From: an uncultured Verrucomicrobiota bacterium
GTDB lineage: Bacteria; Verrucomicrobiota; Verrucomicrobiia; Limisphaerales; UBA9464
Assembly: GCA_903916195.1 (NCBI GenBank)
Contig: CAIWVP010000175.1
Coordinates: forward strand, 19,756-83,755
DNA: 64,000 nucleotides
Direction of reading: 5' to 3'
A program made the position numbers and the translations under genes. This document shows positions 39,887-51,068 of the stretch, in pieces; position 1 is the stretch's first letter, and every line of letters starts with the position of its first letter. The notes under the pieces were generated by a model. That model was not told the origin of the DNA and made no database searches. It saw only the letters and a list, made by a program, of their open reading frames with translations.

Positions 39887-40864
39887 ATGTCCAAACGCCA
39901 AACGCCCGATTCTGCCTTCCTGCGGCCGCCGGCCAGCGGCGCGACGAAGCGGGGTCCGATGGACGTTGGACTTAACGCCGGGGACGCGGGACATTCGCGG
40001 CGGTCCGTGACAACCTCCGCTCCCAGCCTTGTCCTGCTTGTCCCCGCTTACAACGAGGAGAAGCGGATCGGTCCCGTGCTCGCGCGCTACGCCGAGCATT
40101 TCTACCACCATTATCCCGGACGGATCCGCATCGTGGTGGTGCTGAACGGTTGCCGCGACGACACCATCGGTGTCGTCCGCGCGGCCGAGCAGAAGTACCT
40201 GAGCATCTCGCATCTCGAGTTCCCTGGGCGCATCGGCAAGGGCGGCGCGCTTATCGAGGGTCTCCGGCTCGCGCCGCTTGCCGACCTCATCGGCTATGTC
40301 GACGCCGATGGAGCGACCCCGCCCGCGGCATTCCTCGACCTCGTCACCCGGATCGGCGCCGGTGAGGCGGATTGTGTCGTGGCTTCCCGGTGGGTCCCTG
40401 GTGCCAAGGTCGCGCACGCCCAGCCGGAGAAGCGCCGGTTCGCCAGCAGGTTGTTCCATCTCTTCGTCGAGTGCTTTTTCTGGATGGGCCTGAAGGACAC
40501 GCAATGCGGCGCGAAGGTGATGACCCGGCGCGCGATGGAGACGGTGCATCCGAAGCTCCGCCTCGCCGACCTCGCCTTCGACGTGAACCTGCTTTATTCG
40601 CTGATGCGCGCGGGGTTCTCGGTGAAAGAGGTCGCGACCGAATGGAACGACCAATCCGGCTCGCACGTGGTCTTCAACGGGAAGACCTCGCTGAACATGC
40701 TGCTCTCGCTCGTCCGGCTGCGGCTGCTTTATTCGCCGTTCTACTCGTGGCTGCGACCGCTGCGACCGCTGGAGACATGGCTCTACAAGTCGCTCAATGC
40801 GCCGCCGCCCCGGTCGGCCGCCGAGGCGGACACCGATACCCTCAGGAAGCCGCCGCGTGTCTGA
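39887..40864 (+). CDS. family 2 glycosyltransferase (dolichyl/polyprenyl-phosphate glycosyltransferase-like)
   Basis: Reads LVLLVPAYNEEKRI...VVLNGCRDDT...YVDADGAT...DTQCGAKV, with C-terminal TM helices. Confidence 0.75.
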   Translation: MSKRQTPDSAFLRPPASGATKRGPMDVGLNAGDAGHSRRSVTTSAPSLVLLVPAYNEEKRIGPVLARYAEHFYHHYPGRIRIVVVLNGCRDDTIGVVRAAEQKYLSISHLEFPGRIGKGGALIEGLRLAPLADLIGYVDADGATPPAAFLDLVTRIGAGEADCVVASRWVPGAKVAHAQPEKRRFASRLFHLFVECFFWMGLKDTQCGAKVMTRRAMETVHPKLRLADLAFDVNLLYSLMRAGFSVKEVATEWNDQSGSHVVFNGKTSLNMLLSLVRLRLLYSPFYSWLRPLRPLETWLYKSLNAPPPRSAAEADTDTLRKPPRV

Positions 40865-42143
40865 GACGCCCCTGCCCCGACCGTCGTCCGCCGAGGCCGC
40901 GCGCTTCTGGTTGAAACTCGGGTTCATCTCGTTCGGCGGTCCGGCGGGGCAGATCGGCATCCTGCACGAAGAACTCGTGGAGAGACGGCGCTGGGTCGAT
41001 GAGGAGCGGTTCCAGCACGCGCTGAACTATTGCATGTTGCTGCCCGGCCCGGAGGCGCAGCAGTTGGCGACCTATCTCGGATGGCTCTTCCACGGTTGGA
41101 GAGGCGGTGTCGTCGCGGGGACGCTCTTCTTCTTGCCTGCCGCGGTGCTCTTATGGGTCCTCAGCTGGATCTATGTCACCTACGGCCAGATCGCCGGGGT
41201 GGCGGCGATTTTTTACGGACTGAAGCCGGCCGTCGTCGCGCTCGTCGCCTCGGCCATGCTGCGCATCGGGAAGCGGTCGCTGAGGGGCCGGCTGCGCTGG
41301 GGTCTCGCGGTCGCGGCGGTGCTGCTGGTCGCGGTGGCGAAGGTCCCGTTCCCGTTCGTCGTGCTCGGCGCCGGGATCATCGGTTGGGTTTTCGCCCGGC
41401 AACCGGACCGGAGCGGAGTCCCGCCGAAGACCGACACGATCCCGGACACCGAAGGTCGCGGACCCTTGGCCATCGCCATCGGGACCGCCGCGATCTGGCT
41501 CGCCATCTGGTGGATCCCGCTGATCGCCCTCGGTGCGGTGGTCGGGTGGAACCACACGGTCGCGCGACAAGGAGTGTTCTTCAGCGCGGCATCGATGGTC
41601 ACCTTCGGCGGCGCCTACGCCGTGTTGCCTCACGTCCAGGCACAGGCGGTCGGCCACTTTGGATGGCTCACGCAGGCGCAGTTCCTCGATGGGCTGGCGC
41701 TGGGCGAGACGACCCCGGGGCCGCTGGTGATCGTGCTGCAATGGGTCGGGTTCCTCGGCGGATGGCACAGGCCCGGATCCCTCTCGCCGTTGCTATCGGC
41801 GACGCTTGGATCCGCGGCAACGACCTGGGCGACCTTCGCGCCGAGCTTCCTCTGGATCTTCACCGGCGCACCGTTCATCGAGCGTCTCCGTCACCGTACC
41901 GACCTCACCGCGGCGCTTGGCGCGGTGACCGCCGCGGTGGTGGGCGTGATCGCGACGCTCGCCAGCCAGCTTGCGTTCCATGTCGCGAGTCCCGGCGGCA
42001 CCGGGATCGACCCGTTCGCTTGCGTGCTCATCGTCGCCGCGTTCGCCGCGATGACCTCGGGCAAGATCCGGCCCATCCCTTGCATCGTAGCCTGCGGAGC
42101 GATCGGGTCGGTCTGGGAACTCTTCGTCGCGCCGCGGTTTTGA
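40857..42143 (+). CDS. chrA: chromate transporter (CHR family, two-domain)
   Basis: Reads FWLKLGFISFGGPAGQIGILHEELVERRRWV...LLPGPEAQQLA, and a second repeat FGGAYAVLPHV...ETTPGPL. The GTG start overlaps the GT2 stop; an upstream start at 40797 is also possible. Confidence 0.8.
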   Translation: MSETPLPRPSSAEAARFWLKLGFISFGGPAGQIGILHEELVERRRWVDEERFQHALNYCMLLPGPEAQQLATYLGWLFHGWRGGVVAGTLFFLPAAVLLWVLSWIYVTYGQIAGVAAIFYGLKPAVVALVASAMLRIGKRSLRGRLRWGLAVAAVLLVAVAKVPFPFVVLGAGIIGWVFARQPDRSGVPPKTDTIPDTEGRGPLAIAIGTAAIWLAIWWIPLIALGAVVGWNHTVARQGVFFSAASMVTFGGAYAVLPHVQAQAVGHFGWLTQAQFLDGLALGETTPGPLVIVLQWVGFLGGWHRPGSLSPLLSATLGSAATTWATFAPSFLWIFTGAPFIERLRHRTDLTAALGAVTAAVVGVIATLASQLAFHVASPGGTGIDPFACVLIVAAFAAMTSGKIRPIPCIVACGAIGSVWELFVAPRF

Positions 42144-42163
42144 TCCCGCGGCCGGACCGCACA

Positions 42164-43453
42164 TCATCTCCGGTAGGCCAGCACCGCTTTCTGATGCCGG
42201 TCCACCTCGGCGAGCCAATCCCCACCGACCGGCACGCCTTCGGTCTCGCAGAAACGGTCCCAAACCGCTCCGATCGGTAGGAAGCGTGATTCCTCCTGGA
42301 GCGCGAGCCGCGCCGTCCTGTCGCCCGAGATCTCGGCGGCGCGGATGGAGGGCGGTTCGAGCAACGCGAGGAGCAAGGCGCGCTGCAGGTTCCGCGCGCC
42401 GATGACCCAGGCCGCGATGCGATCGATGCTCGCGTCGAAATAATCGAGGCCGAGATGGATCCGGTCCGCCTTGCCGCCGGCGACGACCTCGCGGGCGATT
42501 GATTGGATCGCGTCGGTGAAGGTCACGACATGGTCGCTGTCCCACCGGACGCCGCGGCTGACGTGGAGCAGGATCGCCGGCACGTGCAGCAGGACGCTTG
42601 AGATCTTGTCGGCGACGTCCTCGGTCGGATGGAAATGCCCGGAGTCCAGGCAGAGCAGCTTGCGCCGCGTGATGGCGTAACCGAGATAGAACTCGTGGGA
42701 ACCGACCGTGCAGCTCTCCGCGCCGATACCGAAGAGTTTTGGTTCGACCGCGTCGAGATGGTGCTTCGGCGGCAGCGGAGCCTTGAAGACTTCGTCCAGC
42801 GCGGCGACGAGGCGTTCGCGCGGCGCTTGGCGATCGGCCGGCGTGTCCTTGAACCCGTCCGGGATCCAGACGTTCGTCACGCAGGGCGAGCCCAAGGCCT
42901 TGCCCATCGCTGCGCCGATCGCGCGGGACCGCCGACAATGCTCGATCCAGAAACCACGGATCCCGGGATCCGCGTGGGAGAGTGTGAAGCCGTCGGCGGC
43001 CTTCGGATGGGCGAAGCAGGTCGGGTTGAAATCGAGCCCCAGCCCGTTCGTCTTGGCCCAGGCGATCCAGTCGCGGAAGTGGGCCGCCTCGATCGCGTCG
43101 CGGTCCACGCGGTGTCCGCTGAACTCGCCGTACATCGCGTGTAGGTTCACGCGATGTTTCCCGGGGATGAGCGAGAGCGCCTTCTCGAGATCGGCACGCA
43201 GTTCAGTTGCTGTCCGAGCCTTGCCCTGCCGATCGCCGGTGACCGCCAATCCTCCGCCCAAGGGCGCCCCTGATCCCTCGAACCCGCCGACATCGTCACC
43301 TTGCCAGCACTGGAGCGAGATGCGGAAGGCAGCGATCTTCGCCAACGCCGACTCCGTGTCCACGCCGGCGAGGCCGTAGCGTTCGCGGGCCGTCCGATAT
43401 GCGGTAGCTACCAGTGCACGACGAAGTGAAGGCGCGCGGCGGGGCGGTTCCAT
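42164..43453 (-). CDS. rhaA: L-rhamnose isomerase
   Basis: Collinear with E. coli RhaA as I recall it: [14 protein letters not shown]...[14 protein letters not shown]...[11 protein letters not shown]...VWIPDG...[16 protein letters not shown]...[14 protein letters not shown]. Confidence 0.9.
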   Translation of the reverse strand: MEPPRRAPSLRRALVATAYRTARERYGLAGVDTESALAKIAAFRISLQCWQGDDVGGFEGSGAPLGGGLAVTGDRQGKARTATELRADLEKALSLIPGKHRVNLHAMYGEFSGHRVDRDAIEAAHFRDWIAWAKTNGLGLDFNPTCFAHPKAADGFTLSHADPGIRGFWIEHCRRSRAIGAAMGKALGSPCVTNVWIPDGFKDTPADRQAPRERLVAALDEVFKAPLPPKHHLDAVEPKLFGIGAESCTVGSHEFYLGYAITRRKLLCLDSGHFHPTEDVADKISSVLLHVPAILLHVSRGVRWDSDHVVTFTDAIQSIAREVVAGGKADRIHLGLDYFDASIDRIAAWVIGARNLQRALLLALLEPPSIRAAEISGDRTARLALQEESRFLPIGAVWDRFCETEGVPVGGDWLAEVDRHQKAVLAYRR

Positions 43454-43584
43454 GTGCTTCAAAGAAGCGGAGAGCCCGGTGCCCCGTCGAGGAAAAGAGC
43501 GGAGGAGGTGCTTGGAAAGCGCGGCAAAGCCCGCATGGCCAAAGGAAACGGCCGGTCTCCGTGAAGAGACCGGCCGAATCAAAT

Positions 43585-43661
<77 letters not shown>

Positions 43662-43865
43662 ATTGAGTGGATTTAGAATTTAGACGACATATCCGGTGGG
43701 AGCAAGCCCTAACTCCGAATCAATTCCATGTGGCGCCGTGGTCCATCCTGCCGATGCGGCCGAGGCCGGTTTTCCGAACGACGAGCATCCGGATGCATCG
43801 GGTGGGGCCGGACCGAAGAAAATCCCGGTCGCCGCGCCGCGGGCCGGCTGCTACAAATCCCAGAG

Positions 43866-44678
43866 ATGTCATCGTCATCCATCGGTTTCCTCGGCGCGGG
43901 CAAGATGGCCACCGCGTTGGCGAAAGGTTTCCTCCAGGCCGGTCTCGCGACGCCCGAGCAGCTCTTCGCCAGCGATGTCGTGCCGGCCGCTCTCGATAGC
44001 TTCGCCAAGGAGACCGGCGCGATGGCCGGCCGCTCGAACCCGGACGTCGTCGCCGGAGCAGACGTGATCTTCCTCGCGGTGAAGCCGGACCAGGTCTGCG
44101 ACCTCTTGACCGGACTGCGCGGCGGGCTCGACCCGAGCCGCCACCTGCTCGTCTCCATCGCGGCCGGGGTCCCCCTGGCGAAGCTCGAAGCCGCCGCCCC
44201 GGGCAACCGCGTCATCCGGGTGATGCCCAACACCCCCGCCCTTGTCGGCGCCAGCGCCAGCGCCTATTCGCTCGGCACCCATGCGACCCAGGCCGATGCC
44301 GTTCTCGCGCACACATTGCTCGCCAGCGTCGGCATCGCGCTCGAAGTGAAGGAGAAGCTGCTCGATGCCGTCACCGGCCTGAGTGGCAGCGGTCCTGCCT
44401 ACGCCTTCCTGATGATCGAGGCGCTCGCCGACGGCGGGGTCGCCGCAGGCCTTCCTCGCGACATCGCGCAGAAGCTGGCCGCGCAGACGCTGCTCGGCGC
44501 GGCGAAGATGGTCCTCGAGACCGGAATGCATCCGGGCGCGCTCAAGGACGCCGTGTGCAGCCCTGGCGGCACCACCATCGAAGCCGTCCACGAACTGGAA
44601 AAGGCCGGCGTCCGCGCCGGCTTGATGAACGCCGTCCGCGCCGCGGCGGAGAAGGCGAAGAAACTCGGCCAATCCTGA
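43866..44678 (+). CDS. proC: pyrroline-5-carboxylate reductase
   Basis: Reads IGFLGAGKMATALAKG...RVMPNTPALVG...LSGSGPAYAFLMIEALADGGV...SPGGTTIEA. Confidence 0.9.
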   Translation: MSSSSIGFLGAGKMATALAKGFLQAGLATPEQLFASDVVPAALDSFAKETGAMAGRSNPDVVAGADVIFLAVKPDQVCDLLTGLRGGLDPSRHLLVSIAAGVPLAKLEAAAPGNRVIRVMPNTPALVGASASAYSLGTHATQADAVLAHTLLASVGIALEVKEKLLDAVTGLSGSGPAYAFLMIEALADGGVAAGLPRDIAQKLAAQTLLGAAKMVLETGMHPGALKDAVCSPGGTTIEAVHELEKAGVRAGLMNAVRAAAEKAKKLGQS

Positions 44679-44679
44679 C

Positions 44680-45942
44680 ATGGACTTCCCCGGCCCGTCG
44701 CAGAAACAGGCGCACCTCATCTGGTTCGCGGTGACGGCGTTCGCGGTCGCGTTGACGGTCGCGCTGATCGGCTTGGTCTTGTGGGGGCTGGGCTTTGTCC
44801 TTTCGCTGCTTTCGCCCGTCCTCTGGCCGATCGCGGTCGCGGGCGTGCTGGCTTACCTGATCGACCCGGTCGTGGATGTCCTCGTTGCTCGCGGATTTTC
44901 GCGGGGCAGGGCCATCGCCAGCGTCTTCGCGCTCGGATTCGCGCTGATCGTGGGCGTGCTCGGCACCATCATCCCGCGCGTCTTCATCGAATCGCGGGAG
45001 CTCGCCGGGCGGGCTCCCAGCTACGTGGAGAAAGCCCAGAAACGGGTCGAGCACTGGATCGACCATCCGCCCGCGCCGCTGGTCCGGTTCCTCCCGCTGA
45101 ACTGGCAAGCCCAGCTCGACCCCCTTCCGGTCCGGACGAACGCCGTGGCGGATCCGGCGCCCGAGACCACGGCCACGACCGGGGCCGAGATCAGGCCTGA
45201 TCTCCCTCCGGGGCCCGTCGACCCTGCCGCTCCGTGGTGGGCCAAAGCATTCGAGCCGCGGACGCTCAAATCTGCGGGCGGCTGGCTGTCCGCCGTGCTG
45301 CCGGCCGTCGGCGAATGGCTGTACGGCCAGGTGAGCAAGGCGGCCTCGTGGTTCGGCGTGGTCGCCGGATTGGCGCTCATCCCGGTCTACACCTTCTACC
45401 TGCTGTCGGAGAAGCAGGGTATCGCTCGGCAATGGACCGATTATCTGCCGGTGAAGAATTCCCGGTTCAAGGATGAGCTCGTGTTCGTGCTGAGCAACAT
45501 CAACGAATGCCTCATCGTGTTCTTCCGCGGCCAGGTGCTCGTGGCCATGACCGACGGCGTGCTCTACACGATCGGGTTCTTCGCCATCGGCCTGCCCTAC
45601 GCGCTGCTGCTCGGCCTGATGGCCACGTTCCTGACGATGGTCCCGTTCCTCGGCGCCATCACCACCTGCGCCGCGGCGCTGGCCATCGCCTTCGTCCAGT
45701 TCGGCGAGCTCTGGCATCTGCTGCTCGTGATGGTGGTGTTCGGCGTCGTGCAGACGCTGGAAGGCCTGGTGATCCAGCCCAAGATCATCGGCGACCGCGT
45801 CGGACTGCATCCCATGACCATCATCGTCGCGCTGATGATCGGCACGACGCTCCTTGGCGGCATCCTCGGCGGCATCCTCGCCATCCCTCTCACCGCCGCT
45901 CTCCGCGTGCTCATGTTCCGCTACGTCTGGAAGAAGCGGTGA
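44680..45942 (+). CDS. AI-2E family transporter (PerM/UPF0118)
   Basis: Multi-TM protein with the C-terminal pattern VPFLGAI...LVIQPKIIGDRVGLHP characteristic of the family. Confidence 0.75.
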   Translation: MDFPGPSQKQAHLIWFAVTAFAVALTVALIGLVLWGLGFVLSLLSPVLWPIAVAGVLAYLIDPVVDVLVARGFSRGRAIASVFALGFALIVGVLGTIIPRVFIESRELAGRAPSYVEKAQKRVEHWIDHPPAPLVRFLPLNWQAQLDPLPVRTNAVADPAPETTATTGAEIRPDLPPGPVDPAAPWWAKAFEPRTLKSAGGWLSAVLPAVGEWLYGQVSKAASWFGVVAGLALIPVYTFYLLSEKQGIARQWTDYLPVKNSRFKDELVFVLSNINECLIVFFRGQVLVAMTDGVLYTIGFFAIGLPYALLLGLMATFLTMVPFLGAITTCAAALAIAFVQFGELWHLLLVMVVFGVVQTLEGLVIQPKIIGDRVGLHPMTIIVALMIGTTLLGGILGGILAIPLTAALRVLMFRYVWKKR

Positions 45943-46119
45943 GCTGCGGGGTGTGCGGGGTCTGGTCCGACCGGTGGCTCGTTGGGCAATGCCGGTCCAT
46001 CCGTCGATCCAAGAAATCTTGCGGAGATAGGAGACGAGACAAAGGGCCTCCATTTTCACCGAAGATAGGGAGCCTCACCATCTCGTCCGGGGGTGTCAGC
46101 GCCGCATTCTAAGGCGCGT

Positions 46120-46533
46120 TCACTGCGTCCGTCCGTTCGGCTCACGTCGTTGCAGCAGATCCCAAAGGTTGCCGTAGAGGTCTTTGAACACCGCGACGGT
46201 TCCGTAGGGCTCTTCCTTTGGGCCGCGCACAAAAATGACACCTTTGGCCCGGTACGATTCGTGATCGCGGTGGAAGTCATCGGTGTAAAGGAACAGGAAG
46301 ACGCGTCCGCCGGTCTGGTCACCGATGCGCGAGCGCTCGTCCTCAGTGGATGCCCGTGCGAGCAGCAACCGCGACTCGCTGGCTCCCGGCGGCGAGATGA
46401 CCACCCAACGCTTCGATTGCTCCGGGATGAACGAATCCTCCACCAGCACGAAGCCAAGCTTGCCCACGAAGAAGTCCAGGGCCTCGTCGTAGTCCCGGAC
46501 GATCAGAGATACGAGTCCAAGCGATTGTTTCAT
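46120..46533 (-). CDS. VOC (glyoxalase/bleomycin-resistance/dioxygenase) family protein
   Basis: 137 aa: LIVRDYDEALDFFVGKLGF...FKDLYGNLWDL. Confidence 0.75.
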   Translation of the reverse strand: MKQSLGLVSLIVRDYDEALDFFVGKLGFVLVEDSFIPEQSKRWVVISPPGASESRLLLARASTEDERSRIGDQTGGRVFLFLYTDDFHRDHESYRAKGVIFVRGPKEEPYGTVAVFKDLYGNLWDLLQRREPNGRTQ

Positions 46534-46805
46534 GTGGATCGGATGTCCTTCCCTCTTCGTTTCTTGGACCCTTCGGCCGGGCCGGTTTCTTGTGCTACCG
46601 CGAGCCGGCGCGCCGTTGGAACCAGGGGCGGGTTCGACGGCGGTGACGGTCCAGCGACCAAGCGACCGTCCGACGAATTGCCGCGGCTTGGCAAGAGCCG
46701 GGCCCGGCCGGGAAAATGCGTCGAACTATGGAGTGCGGTGGAAAGGCTCGGCGCGCTGGTATCTGATCGGAGCTGGCGCCGCGGCCCACAGACGGTTCCG
46801 GACTT

Positions 46806-47726
46806 TTATTTCGACGGATCCCACTCACCCCGATAGAGCGTGGGCCAGTTGCCGCCCGATAGGAATCGGACCTCCTTGGCCATGAGGCGCAGGTGAACAT
46901 TTCTGCCAGAATCGAACAGTTCGATTTGAGCATCCGTCCTGCTGGTCTCACGAAAAGTCCAGGCCCTCTGGTCCTGTTCGAATTCGGCCCAGACCCCATC
47001 GGGTTGTTTTTCAAACCTTCCGCGGCTGTGCCTCCAAACATGGGTCACACTGGGCAGAGGTCCCGGCCGAGAAAAAACCGCCCGATACTCATCCCAGAGT
47101 TCTGGCAGTCCACGGCCCGTCCGTTGCTTGAACAAAGATCCGTGATAGGCGCCTTGGCGAAGGGCGGCATTGACTTGCCTTACGATCCCCGGGGCTGGAC
47201 CACTCTCCAGCCATAGGAGGAACCCGGCGGCGACCTTGTAGGAATCGAGATATCCGCGTTCCTTGTCCGGACGGGGAAAATCGGCCAACGGCATGGACTC
47301 GAAAACGGCGCACCGCAGATAATCTGCGATGCCTTCAGTCAGCCAGCCTTCACTGCCTCCAGGGTAGGCTTGGACCACGTGGACCAGTTCGTGGATGACC
47401 ACCCCACGGCTGTCCTCCGGTAGCGCCACGACCCGTTTGGCGGACATCTCGATGATGTTGGCAGATGCCGCGGCGACACCTTCGTAGGTCGGGCTCAATC
47501 GGATGATGACGTCCGGAAGCCGGACATCCGTGGAGGAAGCCAACAAATTGCCGAGCCGTGGATACCATTCTGCGGCCAGAGCAGTCGCCGATCGGACCCA
47601 TGCGGCGGTCTCCGGTGCAGACGAGGCATCGAAATGGACAGTTCCTGCTGCCAGCGGTGGACTGGACGCGATCAGGGCGGCGAGGAGGAGCATCGCCCCG
47701 GTCCATGGCTGCCATCCTGCCTTCAT
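46806..47726 (-). CDS. secreted basic-secretory-protein-like putative metallopeptidase
   Basis: Signal peptide and an HExxH-type motif (VIHELVHVVQ). AGFLLWLE resembles the BSP family. Local GC is lower. Confidence 0.5.
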   Translation of the reverse strand: MKAGWQPWTGAMLLLAALIASSPPLAAGTVHFDASSAPETAAWVRSATALAAEWYPRLGNLLASSTDVRLPDVIIRLSPTYEGVAAASANIIEMSAKRVVALPEDSRGVVIHELVHVVQAYPGGSEGWLTEGIADYLRCAVFESMPLADFPRPDKERGYLDSYKVAAGFLLWLESGPAPGIVRQVNAALRQGAYHGSLFKQRTGRGLPELWDEYRAVFSRPGPLPSVTHVWRHSRGRFEKQPDGVWAEFEQDQRAWTFRETSRTDAQIELFDSGRNVHLRLMAKEVRFLSGGNWPTLYRGEWDPSK

Positions 47727-48325
47727 CGGGCAGGTGCGTCTCGGGCCATAGGAGGCGGCCAGCAATGGGCGAGATGAAGCTCTTCGCAATCCGGAAGCTG
47801 CGTGCATCGTGCCAAGGTTATACCGGCAGTCGGCTCGGCTCAACCCGGGAAGATGCCGTGATTGAAGTTCATAAAAATAGTGTAGCCCTTGTATCGCTTG
47901 ACCAAGGAATCGAACCCACGGACGAGGACGGACTTCATTTCGGGTAGGATAGAAAACGTGGATTTGCGCGCATCGATCCGCAGCCATCCGGTCGTGGGCG
48001 GGTCGAGGCGGCCGCAAGGATCCCGCAACGAAGCGGATTCCAAGCGCGTAGATCGACGCCCGACATCAGGTCCGGTCAACGAGGAGTCCAGCCCCGTTCC
48101 GGCGAATTCGAAGCGATCGGCGCCAGAGTGGGTCACCCTAGCAAAGGAAGGGTTGGTCTACCGTGGATGAGACCGATGGAGAGGTGATCACGGTCCGGCC
48201 GGACCGTTGGCGGAAGCATTTTGCCGCCGCATCCTGATGACCTCGACGGTCGGCTCACCGGACATGACAGGCCGGTGGCCTGTCACTTCCGGACCCCCGA
48301 CGAAGCGAGCGGCCACGCTGCAAGG

Positions 48326-50899
48326 TCAGAGAGCCTTCGTCGCGGCCATGCCGGCTTTCCTCGGGGTGAGCTGGATGAGGTCGAGCAGGATGTGCTGGGC
48401 CTCCTTGAGCGGCACGTCCGACGCGACACCGCTCTCTTCAGGGGCGTCTTCCTCGCCGTCGATATCGGTCTTCGACGGTGCGGGGGATGGGGCGTCCTCG
48501 GCAGCCACGGAGACTTCGGCTTTGGCCGCGGCGGGAGACTTCGCCACTTTGTCGGCCTTGAGCTTGCGCTCGTCGGCCTTGCTGACGGCGATGACGACCT
48601 TGTTGGTCATCGGCGCGGGGAGACCGGGTTGGTCGGCGACCTTGAGGGTGATCTCGTAAGCGGTCGGCTGGACCTCGTGGCGGGCCTGGAGCTCTTTTTT
48701 CCGGGCCTCGACGCGGGCCTTGTCGGCGGCCTTCTCGGTGAGACGCTTCTGCTCGTTGAGCGAGACCGTCTTGTCGGCGATCATCTTGCGGTAGCGGTCG
48801 ACGTCCTCGCGGACGTACTCGAAGTCCTTGTCCTTGGCCACGCGGGCGGCGGAGCGCTTGGTGAGTTCGCCGAGCAGCGGTTGCACGCGGTCGAGTTTGT
48901 CGAACTTGGCACCCGGGATGACGTCCCATGCGAGCGCGTTCTCGAGCGACGTCTCGCCGATCTCGGCGTGGCTGTTGATGCCGGGCAAGGCGATGTCGGG
49001 GGTCACGCCCTTGAGCTGCGTGCTGCCGCCGCTGGCGCGGTAGAACTTGCGGATGGTGACCTTCACGGCACCGGGGTTCTGGGCCCCTTTCAGGTATTGG
49101 TTCAACTCCTGGACGGTCTGGACGGTGCCCTTGCCGTGGGTCGATGAATCGCCGACCAGCACAGCGCGGCCGTAATCTTGCAGCGCCGCGGCCACGATCT
49201 CGCTGGCGCTCGCGCTGAAGCGGCTGGTGAGCACCACCAGCGGTCCGTCGTAGGCGATGCTGTCATCGCGGTCCTCGTCGACCTGGATGCTGCCGTCGTA
49301 GTTGCGGATCTGGACGACCGGGCCCGACTTGATGAAGAGGCCGGCGAGGTTGATGGCCTCTTCGAGCGAGCCGCCGCCGTTGCGGCGCAGGTCGAGGACG
49401 ATGCCCTCAGCACCCTCGGCGGTGAGCTTTTTGAGCAGCTTCGCGACGTCGCCGGTGGTCGTCTTGCCCGACCCGCGTTGGCCGCCGATGGAGAAGTTGG
49501 CGTAGAAGCTGGGCAGATCGATCACACCGACGCGCTTGGTCTTGCCGTTGTCGGCGGGCAGCTCGACCAGCTTCCCCTTGGCCTCGGAATCCTCGAGCTT
49601 GATCTCGTCGCGGATGATCGAGACGACTTTGCGGACGGAGGAATCGGCGCCGGTCGGGATGATCGAGAGGCGGACCTCGCTACCTTTTTCGCCGCGGATC
49701 TGGCCGACGACCTTGGTGAGCTTCTCGTCGATCACGTCCACGAACTCGCCCTTGCCCTGCGCGACGGCGACCACCTTGTCGCCGACCTTGATCTGCTTGC
49801 TCTTCTCGGCGGGGGTCCCGGGCCGGATCTCCTTGATCACGGTGTAGCCGTCCTCGGACTGGAGCGTGGCGCCGATGCCGAAGAGGCGGAGGTTCATGCT
49901 CATCGAGAACTGATCCAGCTCGCGTTTGCCGAGGTAATCGGTGTGCGGGTCGTAGGCGTGACCGAGCGAATCGAGCCAGAGTTGGAGCACCTCGTCGGAC
50001 TCGAACTGCTTCAGGTTCCGCAGCGTCCGCTGGTAGCGGCGGGCCAGTTTCTTGACGATCTCGTCGTGCTGGTTCGCGGCGAGGCGGATCTCGACCTGCG
50101 GCATCGCGGCCTTGGCGCGCTGCTCCGGCTTGCCTTTGGCCGCCTCGAAGCGGGCCTTGGCGAACTGCGCGAGATCCGCGGCCTTCTCCGGGCTGAACTT
50201 GTTGGTGAGCGATGTGGCGAGGCGGTCGAACGTCCCGGCCAGGAGGTTCGTCCGGAACAGTTCGCTGAGAGGCTTGGTGTCGCCTTCGTTCAGCTTCTCG
50301 GACAGGTACTCGAACCGCAGGCGGTCCTGCCAGAGCTTCTGCGCCTGCTGGAGGTCCTTGGCCCGGGAGGCGTCCTTGCGGTTGACCAGGTACGTCTCCT
50401 CGGTGGCATTGAACGAGAACTTGCCGGTCTTCAACTGGTTGATGACGAGCGCGTACGATTGATCGAAGCGCGTGAGGAAGCGGTTGAAGATGTCGTAGGC
50501 CGCGGACGTGTCTCCTTGGCGGAAGGTCAGATCGTCCAGGGTGGCGCGGACCGGCGCGAACTCGTCGATGTCGGCCTGGAGGAAATACAGCTTCTGGGGA
50601 TCGAGCGCGTCGATGTAGCGGTCGAACATCTTCTCGCCGACTTCCCGGTCGAACTTGTGCCGGGTGTAATGCATGCTCTGCAGGAACCGGGCGACCGTCT
50701 TGGCGATGCGGCTGTCATCGGCGCCGGGCTCGAGATTGAGCGGGTTGGTGTACTTCGCGGCGATCGCGAAGACATCGGCCCCCGATGCGTCGGCCGAGAC
50801 CGCCGGCTTGCCGGGAGCGACGGGCTGGGACGATGGCGCCTCTGCGGCCCTGAGCAGCGAGGCGACCAAAAAGAACAGAGAAAACAGCCGGAGTCTCAT
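48326..50899 (-). CDS. prc: carboxy-terminal processing (tail-specific) protease, S41
   Basis: 857 aa with a signal peptide, a PDZ region (GIGATLQSEDGYTVIKEIRPGTPAE), LDLRRNGGGSL and SRFSASASEIVAAALQDYGRAVLVG...THGKG. Confidence 0.85.
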   Translation of the reverse strand: MRLRLFSLFFLVASLLRAAEAPSSQPVAPGKPAVSADASGADVFAIAAKYTNPLNLEPGADDSRIAKTVARFLQSMHYTRHKFDREVGEKMFDRYIDALDPQKLYFLQADIDEFAPVRATLDDLTFRQGDTSAAYDIFNRFLTRFDQSYALVINQLKTGKFSFNATEETYLVNRKDASRAKDLQQAQKLWQDRLRFEYLSEKLNEGDTKPLSELFRTNLLAGTFDRLATSLTNKFSPEKAADLAQFAKARFEAAKGKPEQRAKAAMPQVEIRLAANQHDEIVKKLARRYQRTLRNLKQFESDEVLQLWLDSLGHAYDPHTDYLGKRELDQFSMSMNLRLFGIGATLQSEDGYTVIKEIRPGTPAEKSKQIKVGDKVVAVAQGKGEFVDVIDEKLTKVVGQIRGEKGSEVRLSIIPTGADSSVRKVVSIIRDEIKLEDSEAKGKLVELPADNGKTKRVGVIDLPSFYANFSIGGQRGSGKTTTGDVAKLLKKLTAEGAEGIVLDLRRNGGGSLEEAINLAGLFIKSGPVVQIRNYDGSIQVDEDRDDSIAYDGPLVVLTSRFSASASEIVAAALQDYGRAVLVGDSSTHGKGTVQTVQELNQYLKGAQNPGAVKVTIRKFYRASGGSTQLKGVTPDIALPGINSHAEIGETSLENALAWDVIPGAKFDKLDRVQPLLGELTKRSAARVAKDKDFEYVREDVDRYRKMIADKTVSLNEQKRLTEKAADKARVEARKKELQARHEVQPTAYEITLKVADQPGLPAPMTNKVVIAVSKADERKLKADKVAKSPAAAKAEVSVAAEDAPSPAPSKTDIDGEEDAPEESGVASDVPLKEAQHILLDLIQLTPRKAGMAATKAL

Positions 50900-51068
50900 G
50901 CGGAGCGAATATGCAATGTGCGGACTGAGACGCCAGCCGGGACTTGCCGTTCAAACCATCGCCCTCGTGCCGGGATGGCGGATCCGGACTCCACAGAGCA
51001 AGGAGCACACGATATCGATGTGACTGTGTGACGACCACACCTCGGTCCAGCTCCCGGCCGAGCCGGGA

